This document shows, one piece after another, positions 19,323 through 27,592 of a stretch of DNA of 64,000 nucleotides; the stretch's first letter is position 1, and each line of letters begins with the position of its first letter. A program made the translations under genes and the position numbers. The notes under the pieces are model-generated. The model saw nothing but the letters and a program-made list of their open reading frames with translations. It searched no databases and was not told the DNA's origin. This DNA is from Lysobacterales bacterium (GTDB taxonomy: Bacteria > Pseudomonadota > Gammaproteobacteria > Xanthomonadales > SZUA-5): contig JALHMG010000001.1 in assembly GCA_022844135.1 (NCBI GenBank), positions 31,021-95,020 on the forward strand, given 5' to 3'.

Positions 19323-19553
19323 CGTTTGCGGAAGACCTGAGAGAAGTAGGACAGGTTGTCGAACCCGCTGGCGTAAGCGACCTCAGACACGCTGCCGCGG
19401 CGCTCGCGGAGCAGCGCCTCGGCGCGCTGCAGGCGATGTTCGCGCAGGATTTCGCTGGGAGTTGCCTCAAGCGTTTGCTTGCAGCGGCGGAACAGGGTAG
19501 CGCGGTCCATGTGCAGCGCATGAGCCAGTTCGGCAACGCCGAAGGTTGGATCA
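19265..19553 (-). pseudogene. Duplicated 3' fragment (AraC domain only) of the hybrid sensor gene at 34350-38273
   Basis: Encodes the same C-terminus (…DPTFGVAELAHALHMDRATLFRR…TVSTRTP*) but is truncated at 19553, where the island begins. Confidence 0.9.
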
Positions 19554-19566
19554 TGAGGCAGTAGTT

Positions 19567-20142
19567 TTAGAGGTCATGATCAAGCTTTGCGCATATTGCA
19601 TGCAAAGCAATTAGGTGAGCCTCTTGGATAAAAGCCGTCCGATGTGATGATGCGACGAAGGTCACATCGCATAGACTGGGGAAGGACGTCTCATTATCGC
19701 CAGTAAACCCGAGGCGAGAAAGCCCGAGATCTCGCGCGGTTTCCAACGCACAGAGTACGTTGCGGGACTTCCCGGACGTCGAGAAGGCAAGCAGCAGGTC
19801 GCCAGGTCGAGCAAAGGTCGAGATCGAGCGAGCGAAGATTTGGTCAAAGCCAAAGTCATTCGACAATGCGGTCAATGCCACTCCGTCGGATCCAAGCGCA
19901 ATTGCTCGAAAGCCCGGCCGCGACGATTCAAATCGAACCGAAATTTCCGCCGCAAAATGCTGGGCCATGGCAAACGATCCGCCGTTTCCGCAGGTGAACA
20001 CCGTGCCTTGAGCTTGGATTGTCCTCTTAATAAGTGCACTCATTCGTACAAGGACGGGTGATGCGTTCAATAGGGTTCGACTTGATTCAACGCTTTGGCT
20101 TAGGTACTTATCAATAACTGAATCCACGACTATCTCCATCAT
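19567..20142 (-). CDS. gmhA: Phosphoheptose isomerase (SIS domain)
   Basis: CGNGGS..MAQHFAAE, SNDFGFDQIFAR, FSTSGKSRNV, IQEAH…H.IC. ATGA overlap with gmhB. Confidence 0.92.
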   Translation of the reverse strand: MMEIVVDSVIDKYLSQSVESSRTLLNASPVLVRMSALIKRTIQAQGTVFTCGNGGSFAMAQHFAAEISVRFESSRPGFRAIALGSDGVALTALSNDFGFDQIFARSISTFARPGDLLLAFSTSGKSRNVLCALETARDLGLSRLGFTGDNETSFPSLCDVTFVASSHRTAFIQEAHLIALHAICAKLDHDL

Positions 20143-20678
20143 ATTATCCCCGCTCTTGTCGAAAATATTGCTCGTCCGATAACATCGGATAAGTCGCTGC
20201 CTGGTGTGTACAAATACGAACCTATGCCTGCCGCAGTTCCCGCTGCGAGGTCGCAAGGCTTATCCCCCACGACAAAGCATTTCGAACGAACCACGAGGTC
20301 TGTCGGACAATGCCGTAAAATCATCCCAGGATTGGGTTTCCGGTCAGGGTGATTGGCAGATCGATATCGCAAGACCGAAGCATCAGGGTGGTAAGGACAG
20401 TACTCAAATCCGTGGATTACGGCTCCTTCGGAGAGCGCCAAACTGGCTAACGCCTGATGGAATGATTGAACTTCCAATTCTGAGCAGAAACCTCGTGCGA
20501 CAGCGGATTGATTACTTACCACAACGATACGCCATCCCTCTTGGTTGAGTCGCTGCAACGCTGCCAATGCTCCGGGCTGCCACTCAATGCGACTGGCGTC
20601 AAAACGGTACACCTGATCCACGATAAGTGTTCCGTCGCGGTCGAGAAACGCGACTGGCTGGGCGAACATGGGCGTCAT
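20139..20678 (-). CDS. gmhB: Heptose-1,7-bisphosphate phosphatase (HAD-IIIA)
   Basis: FLDRDGTL, VVSNQSAVARG, CPYHP, RKPNPGM, VGDKPCD..AG.AAG. Confidence 0.92.
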   Translation of the reverse strand: MTPMFAQPVAFLDRDGTLIVDQVYRFDASRIEWQPGALAALQRLNQEGWRIVVVSNQSAVARGFCSELEVQSFHQALASLALSEGAVIHGFEYCPYHPDASVLRYRSANHPDRKPNPGMILRHCPTDLVVRSKCFVVGDKPCDLAAGTAAGIGSYLYTPGSDLSDVIGRAIFSTRAGII

Positions 20679-20727
20679 TTGTTTTCGTAACTCTTCGAAC
20701 GCCAGTGGGCTTCTGTACCTATCATAC

Positions 20728-20952
20728 TGCTTTTCGCTGAGTTCCTTGGACCCGATGAATTGTGAGGAAACCATTGAGGAAGATGCCAAAGCGAAGCGAG
20801 TTGCCCGCGTCGAAGCGGGTCGAGGTGGCATTGGCGCTGTTGCGCAAGGAAGAGCCAGCGGCGCAGATAGCATGCTGGCACGGAATCAGCGAGCAGACGT
20901 CGTATCGCTGGAAGGACGAGTTAGTTGCTGGCGGCAATGCACGTATGGCCTG
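20728..20952 (+). mobile_element. Truncated, diverged IS3-family left end with partial orfA
   Basis: IRL TGCTTTTCGCTGAGTTCCTTGGACCCG (4 mismatches in 27 vs the neighbouring IS). orfA from 20783 (MPKRSELPASKRVEVALALLRKEEP…) breaks off after ~55 codons. Confidence 0.85.
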
Positions 20953-21012
20953 TGTCTTGCGCTGAGTCCCTTGGACCCGATGGAGTGTTAGTAAACCATC
21001 GAGGACAGGAAG

Positions 21013-21315
21013 ATGCCAAAGCAAAGCGAGTTGCCCGCGTCGAAGCGGGTCGAGGCGGTATTGGCGCTGTTGCGCAAGGAGGAGCCGGCGGTGCAGATTG
21101 CACGGCGCTACGAGATCAGCGAGCAAACGTTGTACCGGTGGAAGGACGAATTCATTGCCGGCGGTAGTGCGCGCATTGAGGGCAAGGATGGCGATTCGTC
21201 GCAGGCTAAAGAGGTAGGCCGCTTGCAGCGCGAGATCGAGACGCGCGAGCAGGTGATCGGTGAGCTGACGATCGCGAACCGCATCCCAAAAAAGCTCTCG
21301 GGCCCGTCCGTCTGA
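21013..21315 (+). CDS. IS3 transposase OrfA (HTH)
   Basis: VQIARRYEISEQTLYRWKDEF HTH, leucine-zipper-like tail, in-frame A AAA AAG heptamer. Confidence 0.9.
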   Translation: MPKQSELPASKRVEAVLALLRKEEPAVQIARRYEISEQTLYRWKDEFIAGGSARIEGKDGDSSQAKEVGRLQREIETREQVIGELTIANRIPKKLSGPSV

Positions 21316-22336
21316 CGCCGGAAGTGCGGGCCATGCTGGTTGAGGAGCAAAAGCAGGCGGCCAAGAAGGAGTCGGCAACGGCGCCACGCTGGAAAGCGGT
21401 GCTGCGAGCCGTGGGTATTCGATTGCCAATGCAATCGGACTTGCGCCGTCGAGCCGGTACCACAAGCCGCCGGAGACGACCAAGCGGCCTCGGCCAGCGC
21501 CCAAGCCCTTGGATGAGGCGCAGCGAGCGAAGGTGATCGAGTTCGCCGAGCGCTATCCGTGGTGGGGCTACAAACGCGTCGCCATCGTCATGCGGCGCGC
21601 TGGGATCGAGGTGAGCAAGAAGTTCGTGCGCGCGGTGTACAAGGCCGAGGGCTTGATGCAGAAGCGGCGGCCGAGCAAAGCGGAGCTGTATCAGAGCGCC
21701 AAGTTGTACGAGCTGCTGCCGACGCGCTGCAATGCGCTGTGGCAAGCGGACGTCACCTACATCCATATTCCCGGCCACGGCTGGTGGTACGCGGTGACGG
21801 TGATCGACTACTACAGCCGCTATCTGCTGGCCTGCCATCTGACCAGCAGCTTCTCGGCAGTCGAGGTCGGCGCCGGGATCGATTTGGCAATGAAGGAAGC
21901 CGAGCGCGTGCATGGGAAACTTGAGCGCATACCGTTCTTAGTGACCGACAATGGCAGCAGTTTTCTGGCGCGTCGATTCCAGGCGCAGATCAAAGACCGT
22001 TTCAAGCACGTCCGGACGCGCTACCGGACGCCCGAGCAGCTTGGGTTATTGGAGCGTTTTCATCAGACGCTCAAGCGCGAAGAGGTGTATTGGCAGCTCT
22101 ACGACAACCCGCAGGATGCACGAACCAAGCTAGATGCATTCCGCCAGCGATACAACGACATCCGGCCGCACTGGGCGCTGCAGCCGGCCATCGGGGGCGA
22201 CGTTGTGACGCCCGCCGACGTCTATGTTCGCAACGAAGCTATCGTGTTGCCGAAGTGGCAAGGATGGGCAAAGGCGGCAAAGAAAAAGCTTGACGATGCC
22301 ATGGCGCAGGATGCGCAGTTGAGGCAAGCCGCGTGA
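21288..22336 (+). pseudogene. IS3 transposase OrfB (DDE integrase core) with an extra frameshift near 21411-21437
   Basis: The -1 frame after the slippery site stops at 21536. The DDE part (WQADVTY…TVIDYYSR…TDNGSSF…LERFHQTLKRE) is in a third frame, entered at ~21437 (GLAPSSRYH). Confidence 0.8.
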
Positions 22337-22419
22337 ACCGGTGCGGTCTCACAAAAACCGGTTGGGCGGGTCCAAGGGAATTGGGAGGCAAGACATCAGG
22401 TCGGTTCCAAGCGCGGTGG

Positions 22420-22545
22420 TCACCGACACGGGCAGCGCGTTGATCGAGACTTTGTTCGGCAGAGCTGTGGCGAGAGGAGTGTCGTTGGCAAATCGCTCAG
22501 GACGACGTTTGAAAGCGACATCCAGAGCCGCCGCGCATGTTGACG
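22420..22545 (-). pseudogene. C-terminal remnant of another IS3-type transposase
   Basis: AAALDVAFKRRPERFANDTPLATALPNKVSIN resembles the recalled 'LDAAYAAHPERF…P.LP..VWIN' tail of some IS3-family transposases. Confidence 0.6.
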
Positions 22546-22695
22546 GCGATGGCAATATCAAACGCAGACTGCCAATGAACGCCTGCCTAAGGTCGGCGCC
22601 GGGAGGGTCACGGGAGCGAAGTAAGCGATGACTCTGTATAAGACGGGTTGCCCTGATTAACGTCAGTTACAATGGCTGCTTAAGGGAACCTTCAG

Positions 22696-23631
22696 TTGGA
22701 GCGAGCGAGGATTTGCGTGACATCTTTTCGGAGCAAGCCTTTTTTCGTTGTAGGTGATGTCATGTTGGACAGATTCGTTCATGGACAGGTGACGCGCCTG
22801 TCGCCCGAGGCGCCCGTCCCCGTCCTTACGGTCTCGGGGCACGAGGATGTTCCAGGTGGAAGTGCAAACGTTGCCGTCAACTGCCGCGCGCTGGGACGAG
22901 AAGTGAGGCTCTTCGGATTGGTAGGACAGGATGCAGAGGCCACAATTCTCACTGATGCCCTAGAGTCCAAAGGTATAAGAACGCGGCTCTTTCCAACCGC
23001 AGCACCGACCATCTTAAAAACCCGACTGATTGATGGAAGAAGGCACTTGTTTCGCTTTGATCTTGAGCAGCGCTTTGTTCCTGGCGATGCTGCTGCGCTT
23101 GCTCGGGCTGTCTTCGCTGAATTAAATGAGGCAGGCGCCGTGCTCCTGTCGGACTATGCCAAAGGAACCTTGGCTGAGCCGCAAGCATATATTCGCGCTG
23201 CCCGAAGCGCGGGATTGCGAATATGCGTTGATCCCAAACATGTGCCGTTTGATAGGTATTTCGGGGCACACGTTTTGACCCCCAATGCCATTGAGTTCGA
23301 AGCCGCGACAGGCACAATAGTGGGTGGTTCCGGCTTTAATGATATCGCAGCCGCTCTATGCGCATCGCTCTCTCTTGAGGCACTGCTTGTTAAAGCGGGC
23401 AATCGAGGTATGTACCTGATTCAACCATACAAGCCGGTTCGACACATCGAGGCGCGCCCGGTCGTCGCAGTCGACGTGACCGGTGCGGGTGATGTAGTCC
23501 TCGCGGTCCTGTCGGATGGCTTGGCACGCGGACTGAGCTACGAAGACGCCGCTGTGCGCGCAAATTCAGCAGGTGCCATATCGGTAACGCGCAGAGGAAC
23601 TGGGGTGGTGGCAAATCATGAACTTGACTAG
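22696..23631 (+). CDS. hldE: D-glycero-manno-heptose-7-phosphate kinase (HldE/RfaE domain I, PfkB fold)
   Basis: VGDVMLDRF..G…RLSPEAPVPV, PGGSANVA, TILKTR, SDYAKG, DPK, TPN..EF, DVTGAGD. TTG start uncertain. Confidence 0.92.
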   Translation: MERARICVTSFRSKPFFVVGDVMLDRFVHGQVTRLSPEAPVPVLTVSGHEDVPGGSANVAVNCRALGREVRLFGLVGQDAEATILTDALESKGIRTRLFPTAAPTILKTRLIDGRRHLFRFDLEQRFVPGDAAALARAVFAELNEAGAVLLSDYAKGTLAEPQAYIRAARSAGLRICVDPKHVPFDRYFGAHVLTPNAIEFEAATGTIVGGSGFNDIAAALCASLSLEALLVKAGNRGMYLIQPYKPVRHIEARPVVAVDVTGAGDVVLAVLSDGLARGLSYEDAAVRANSAGAISVTRRGTGVVANHELD

Positions 23632-24148
23632 CGCCGAAATCTTGCGAAACAAAGCTTTTAACGAGATTGAGATTGCCAGAAAAGCTGGAAAGCGGGTCGT
23701 CTTCACCAACGGTTGCTTCGATCTTTTGCACCCCGGTCATGTGAGAAACCTACAAGAAGCACGCTCGCTAGGCGACTGCTTGGTCGTCGGCTTAAATACT
23801 GACGAGTCCGTTGCTCGATTAAAGGGCAGTAATCGCCCTATTCTGCCCCTCAACGCCCGAATTGAGATCCTCTCCGCGCTTTCCTGCGTGAACTGGGTAA
23901 TACCTTTTGGCGATCAAGCTGACGACACGCCCAAGAAATTGATCAGCGAAATAATGCCACATGTTCTCGCGAAAGGTGGGGATTATGAGATGACAGAGAT
24001 TGTGGGCGCCGACACCGTGACTGCAGGCGGCGGTGAAGTAGTTCGTCTAACGTACCATCACGATTGGTCCACGACCAGCTTAATTCGCGCGATCAAATCC
24101 GGGAGCGCTATTCGGCGCGTTCTTCACCCAGCGGATTACGAGAGCTAA
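23618..24148 (+). CDS. hldE: Heptose-1-phosphate adenylyltransferase (HldE/RfaE domain II)
   Basis: VFTNGCFDLLHPGHV, VVGLNTDESVARLKG..RP, KGGDY, STT. Confidence 0.92.
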   Translation: MNLTSAEILRNKAFNEIEIARKAGKRVVFTNGCFDLLHPGHVRNLQEARSLGDCLVVGLNTDESVARLKGSNRPILPLNARIEILSALSCVNWVIPFGDQADDTPKKLISEIMPHVLAKGGDYEMTEIVGADTVTAGGGEVVRLTYHHDWSTTSLIRAIKSGSAIRRVLHPADYES

Positions 24149-25139
24149 TAATGCGATTCAGAGGGTAATACAATTTTCGTGTCGGATATCCTTCCTTATC
24201 CACACACTTGGCACAAAGCGGAATACCACTTAGCGAATGGCTCGCGTGCGCACCCCTGAATCGGCGCAAATTCTCGCTATTCCAAATTTCACGCAAAGAC
24301 TGGTTATTTACGTTTCCGAGTACTTGTTTGCCGTCATAATCGAAGCAACAGGGTACGACACGCCCATCCCACAGCACAGTTAAGGATGTCCACGGTTTGT
24401 CGCAAACAAAATCAGGCGGCTGAATCTCATGAACCCGCAGCGATTTTATCCGTTCGTTTGTATTATCCCACGCTACATAACGCTTGACCTTCACTCTGTC
24501 AATGCCTGGCCAATTCTTCCACTTACGCAACCAATCATTCACTTCGTGGCGGTTCTCTCCCTGCTCAACGATTTGTAGGATGACTCGAGGCCGGGATCTA
24601 CCCGCCTCGGCCTTGTAATCCAGGAGCTTCCTCAACCTTGATTCGGCTAATTCGAGATTGCCGGCGGCACGCCCGCGCACTCGCTCATTGGTCGCCGCCG
24701 TCACGCCATCGAGAGAAAGAACTAGCTCTTCGAGTCCGCTATCTACCAAAGAAGCAATCCGATGATCAGTAAGGAGTATCGGATTAGCGGATAGAAATCC
24801 CTTGACCCCAGACTGGGAAGCATAATTCAGGATTCTTGCGATATCCGGATGAAGCAAGCTGTCTCCGAAATGATGAAGCAGGACGGATCGAGTCGAATAT
24901 CGAGCTTCGTCGATGATCTTCTTGAAGACATCGAATTCCATGAATCCCAATGGTCGCGTCATCTGATTGGTGCGGGGGCACATCTCGCAAGTCATTGGGC
25001 AGTGATTTGTCAACTCGATCTGGAAGACTACTGGGTAACCTCCAGGCTCGATGCGCTGCCAGTTGTAATAGAACTGAAGAACCTCCGCGTTCACCCATTT
25101 GGCGAACGTGTCAAAGAATCGCGCATCCACTAGTCCCAC
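24108..25139 (-). CDS. Radical SAM enzyme with SPASM/twitch domain
   Basis: ELTNHCPMTCEMCPR (CxxxCxxC); CDKPW…WDGRVVPCCFD…LGN…W…CAKC. Confidence 0.92.
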   Translation of the reverse strand: MGLVDARFFDTFAKWVNAEVLQFYYNWQRIEPGGYPVVFQIELTNHCPMTCEMCPRTNQMTRPLGFMEFDVFKKIIDEARYSTRSVLLHHFGDSLLHPDIARILNYASQSGVKGFLSANPILLTDHRIASLVDSGLEELVLSLDGVTAATNERVRGRAAGNLELAESRLRKLLDYKAEAGRSRPRVILQIVEQGENRHEVNDWLRKWKNWPGIDRVKVKRYVAWDNTNERIKSLRVHEIQPPDFVCDKPWTSLTVLWDGRVVPCCFDYDGKQVLGNVNNQSLREIWNSENLRRFRGAHASHSLSGIPLCAKCVDKEGYPTRKLYYPLNRIISSRNPLGEERAE

Positions 25140-25993
25140 TCCCCCTCTGCGTTCCTCAGCAGATTACCACCGACGCCAGCAATAGAGCACGAAACCAGCG
25201 TAAGGCGCTTAGCCTCGTACATCGCTACGGTTGCTGCGACACCAGCATTTAGAGATTCAAGTCCCAGGTGGCCTCCCGGAATACTTACTAGTTCGCTGCA
25301 GTGCTTTCGTGTCCTTTGTCGCAAACCTTCCCCCTCGGCTCCAATGACAAATGCCAGCTTCTCATGGGATACAAGATCCGGAAGTATTCTGCTGCCTCTC
25401 TCATCCAGCCCGACCACATGGTATCCGATGTCCCGAAGTGTCTCGATGGCTAATACAAGATTAGCAACGCAGTAAAATTCAATTAACTCGGCGCCGCCGA
25501 CGGCGTACCTGACTACTTCTGCAGTAGGTGTCGCCGCTCGATGTCGCATATATATTATCGCATCAAATCCGAAAAAGGCCGCTGATCGAATTATTGTTGC
25601 CAAATTCTGAGGGTTCGAAACCTGATCCAGCAACAGGACTGATTTTGCGTTAACAAGATCTTGCAAGTCCCTCTCAACGCCTATAATCCGCGGATTGGCA
25701 AAGCAGAAGATGCCTTGGTGGTTGTCTTCGCCAACGAGTTGTCCAGCCCTCCTGAACTCTGGCCATGAAAGAAAAGCCACAGGTATATTGTGCCGCTGAG
25801 CAAGGGAAATCGCTTCTTGATGGTAGTCGGGCTTGCCCGCGAGCACGAGCTTTAGGACGTCGCCAGGACGCATCATCAGAGCGGCACGAACCGAATGCTT
25901 ACCATAAATTTTTTCTTTTCCACTACGTTCCGAATCGGTATCGGCCCCAGGCACGGAGTTCGCGTCGGTTCGCGGCTGAAACTGCTTGCGCAT
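25130..25993 (-). CDS. TrmH/SpoU-family RNA 2'-O-methyltransferase, RlmB-like
   Basis: IYGKHSV, LDQVSNPQNLATIIRSA, IGAEGEGLRQRTRKHCSELVSIP, ESLNAGVA. Confidence 0.88.
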   Translation of the reverse strand: MRKQFQPRTDANSVPGADTDSERSGKEKIYGKHSVRAALMMRPGDVLKLVLAGKPDYHQEAISLAQRHNIPVAFLSWPEFRRAGQLVGEDNHQGIFCFANPRIIGVERDLQDLVNAKSVLLLDQVSNPQNLATIIRSAAFFGFDAIIYMRHRAATPTAEVVRYAVGGAELIEFYCVANLVLAIETLRDIGYHVVGLDERGSRILPDLVSHEKLAFVIGAEGEGLRQRTRKHCSELVSIPGGHLGLESLNAGVAATVAMYEAKRLTLVSCSIAGVGGNLLRNAEGEWD

Positions 25994-26191
25994 GACTGTA
26001 TGCTTCTCAAAGTTTGCACTACGATGCCGAAAAGGACGAGCCGCCAAAGCGGTGAGAATTTCTCTTCTAACGTTCGTCGGGTGAACTGCTTAGCCTACTG
26101 CAACATCCGCATCGCCGCAAGGGCTGGATGCGAGTTGAGCAGACTAGGCCAAGAGAAATCCCTCCGATAATGTATCTCGACGTTTTCAACA

Positions 26192-27565
26192 TTGCAAGAG
26201 GACTCAATTGAAGTTATCGTTCTGGAACATTGTGCCAGCCCCAGGGTTGTGACGGTTATGGATAGGAAGGAATGTCAAGCATTGTGGGAGCGCTGCCAGA
26301 CGGAAAAATCAAAGATGTTTGCCGAGAATGGCAGCGAGAAGTTCTCACAGATCAGGGCAGCCAAGGTCTGGAATTATTGGGCTCTTTCAATGGTGAGCGA
26401 GCGCAAATCCCTTGAGCGTCAGGGGCGGTTTTTCGGGCGCATGCGCTGGCTTTGGGAAAGCCAAGCTCGTGTCGACTTCAGTGATTCGGTTTTCAGGCGG
26501 GCTTTGCGTGACCGAGCTCGAAGTGACCGTCCGCATTCCGAACGGAAATTTTCGCTGGCATCGTCGGGGGAGGCCATTGATTTCCGTTGGTTCGTTTTCC
26601 CTGGTTTAGTTGATTTTTCAAGATGCGCTTTCGATTCCTGGGTTTGGTTTGGAGCGACCAGATTCTGCGGACGCACCGAATTCCGCGATTGCAATTTCGC
26701 GGATTGGGTAGGATTTCTTAGTAGTCAAGCACAAGAATCACCTTGCGAGTTCCATGATATTTGCCGGTTCGATGGCTGCACCTTTTCTGATGATACCTAC
26801 TTCAGAAGTGCTGTTTTTCACGGTTTAGTATATTTCAGCGGCTGCGACTTCGCGGGAAAGGCGGATATGTCCCTCGCTCAATTCAACAAAGGCGCGAGTT
26901 TTTTCGGAGCGCGGTTTAATCAGGGAGTTATCTTAAATGGCGTCGCTTTTCGGCGAGTTCCGGACTTCTCCTTTGCGACTTTTAGTGTCGCACCATCAAT
27001 TCCGAAGAAGGTTGTGATGGAAGGTCTTGGAAAGCCGATCAATTACGTGAGAGAGAAGGAGGGCATGCAGCCCGTTCTAGAGGAATGTTACCGTGCGCTT
27101 AGAAGGATTGCCTCGGACAGCCGTGATTGGGGGGCGGAGCGCGATTACCTTGTGCTGGAACAGGAGTCCCGGGCTGATGCGTCGTTGACTTTTCGGGTTT
27201 TGCTTCGCTGCTTCGCACTAGGTTGCGATTACGGACGAAGTGCGGTTCGTCCATTGTGTTTTTGGTTCATAAATGCATTAGTGTTCTCGGGAGTATACGA
27301 GGCTATGCGGTATTCGATTGGGTCATTCACCTGGCGTGGTTTTTTCCGTGAGAGTTTTTACATCGCCGTTTGCCGGAACTTTCCGGTTCTCGGGCAAGCA
27401 AATTCACGCGCTTATGATACGGCAGTAACCGGTCTCCTGGGGAGCTCGGATGTTCGAATGGCATGGTTTGATTTCCTTGTAGTTCTGCAGAGCACGCTCG
27501 CTGCGATATTTTTGTTCTTGGTTGCTATGTGTATTCGAAACGCACTGCGCTATGACAGCGAATAG
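26192..27565 (+). CDS. Pentapeptide-repeat protein with C-terminal membrane helices (start uncertain; ATG at 26258 possible)
   Basis: Repeated F-x4-F pattern (VDFSRCAF…FGATRF…FRDCNF…FDGCTF…FRSAVF…FSGCDF…); DYGRSAVRP followed by hydrophobic segments. Confidence 0.75.
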   Translation: MQEDSIEVIVLEHCASPRVVTVMDRKECQALWERCQTEKSKMFAENGSEKFSQIRAAKVWNYWALSMVSERKSLERQGRFFGRMRWLWESQARVDFSDSVFRRALRDRARSDRPHSERKFSLASSGEAIDFRWFVFPGLVDFSRCAFDSWVWFGATRFCGRTEFRDCNFADWVGFLSSQAQESPCEFHDICRFDGCTFSDDTYFRSAVFHGLVYFSGCDFAGKADMSLAQFNKGASFFGARFNQGVILNGVAFRRVPDFSFATFSVAPSIPKKVVMEGLGKPINYVREKEGMQPVLEECYRALRRIASDSRDWGAERDYLVLEQESRADASLTFRVLLRCFALGCDYGRSAVRPLCFWFINALVFSGVYEAMRYSIGSFTWRGFFRESFYIAVCRNFPVLGQANSRAYDTAVTGLLGSSDVRMAWFDFLVVLQSTLAAIFLFLVAMCIRNALRYDSE

Positions 27566-27592
27566 CACGATCTCGGCGAAGAACAGCTGATA

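Larger units (their letters stand above)
19116..19553. repeat. 438-bp direct repeat, copy 1 (left boundary of island)
   Basis: Identical to 34201-34638 (offset 15085) except 19145 C/34230 T and 19466 C/34551 T. Confidence 0.97.
20953..22395 (+). mobile_element. IS3-family insertion sequence (1443 bp), probably inactive
   Basis: TG…CA termini. Imperfect IRs share outer TGTCTTGC and inner TCCCTTGGACCCG. orfA/orfB with A_AAA_AAG slippery site at 21288-21294. No target duplication found. Confidence 0.9.

Noticed and set aside
19116-19553. Repeat as a phage att site or an assembly artefact
   Set aside because: No integrase, phage genes or tRNA. Two synonymous differences and diverged-but-homologous upstream flanks argue against a duplicated contig. 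Reads are needed for certainty.
20679-20873. Long N-terminal extension of gmhB in the ORF track
   Set aside because: It runs into the reverse strand of the IS left end; HAD homology starts near 20678.
22640-22680. Possible sigma70 promoter for hldE (TTGCCC…TACAAT)
   Set aside because: The spacer is 14 nt, too short to support the call.
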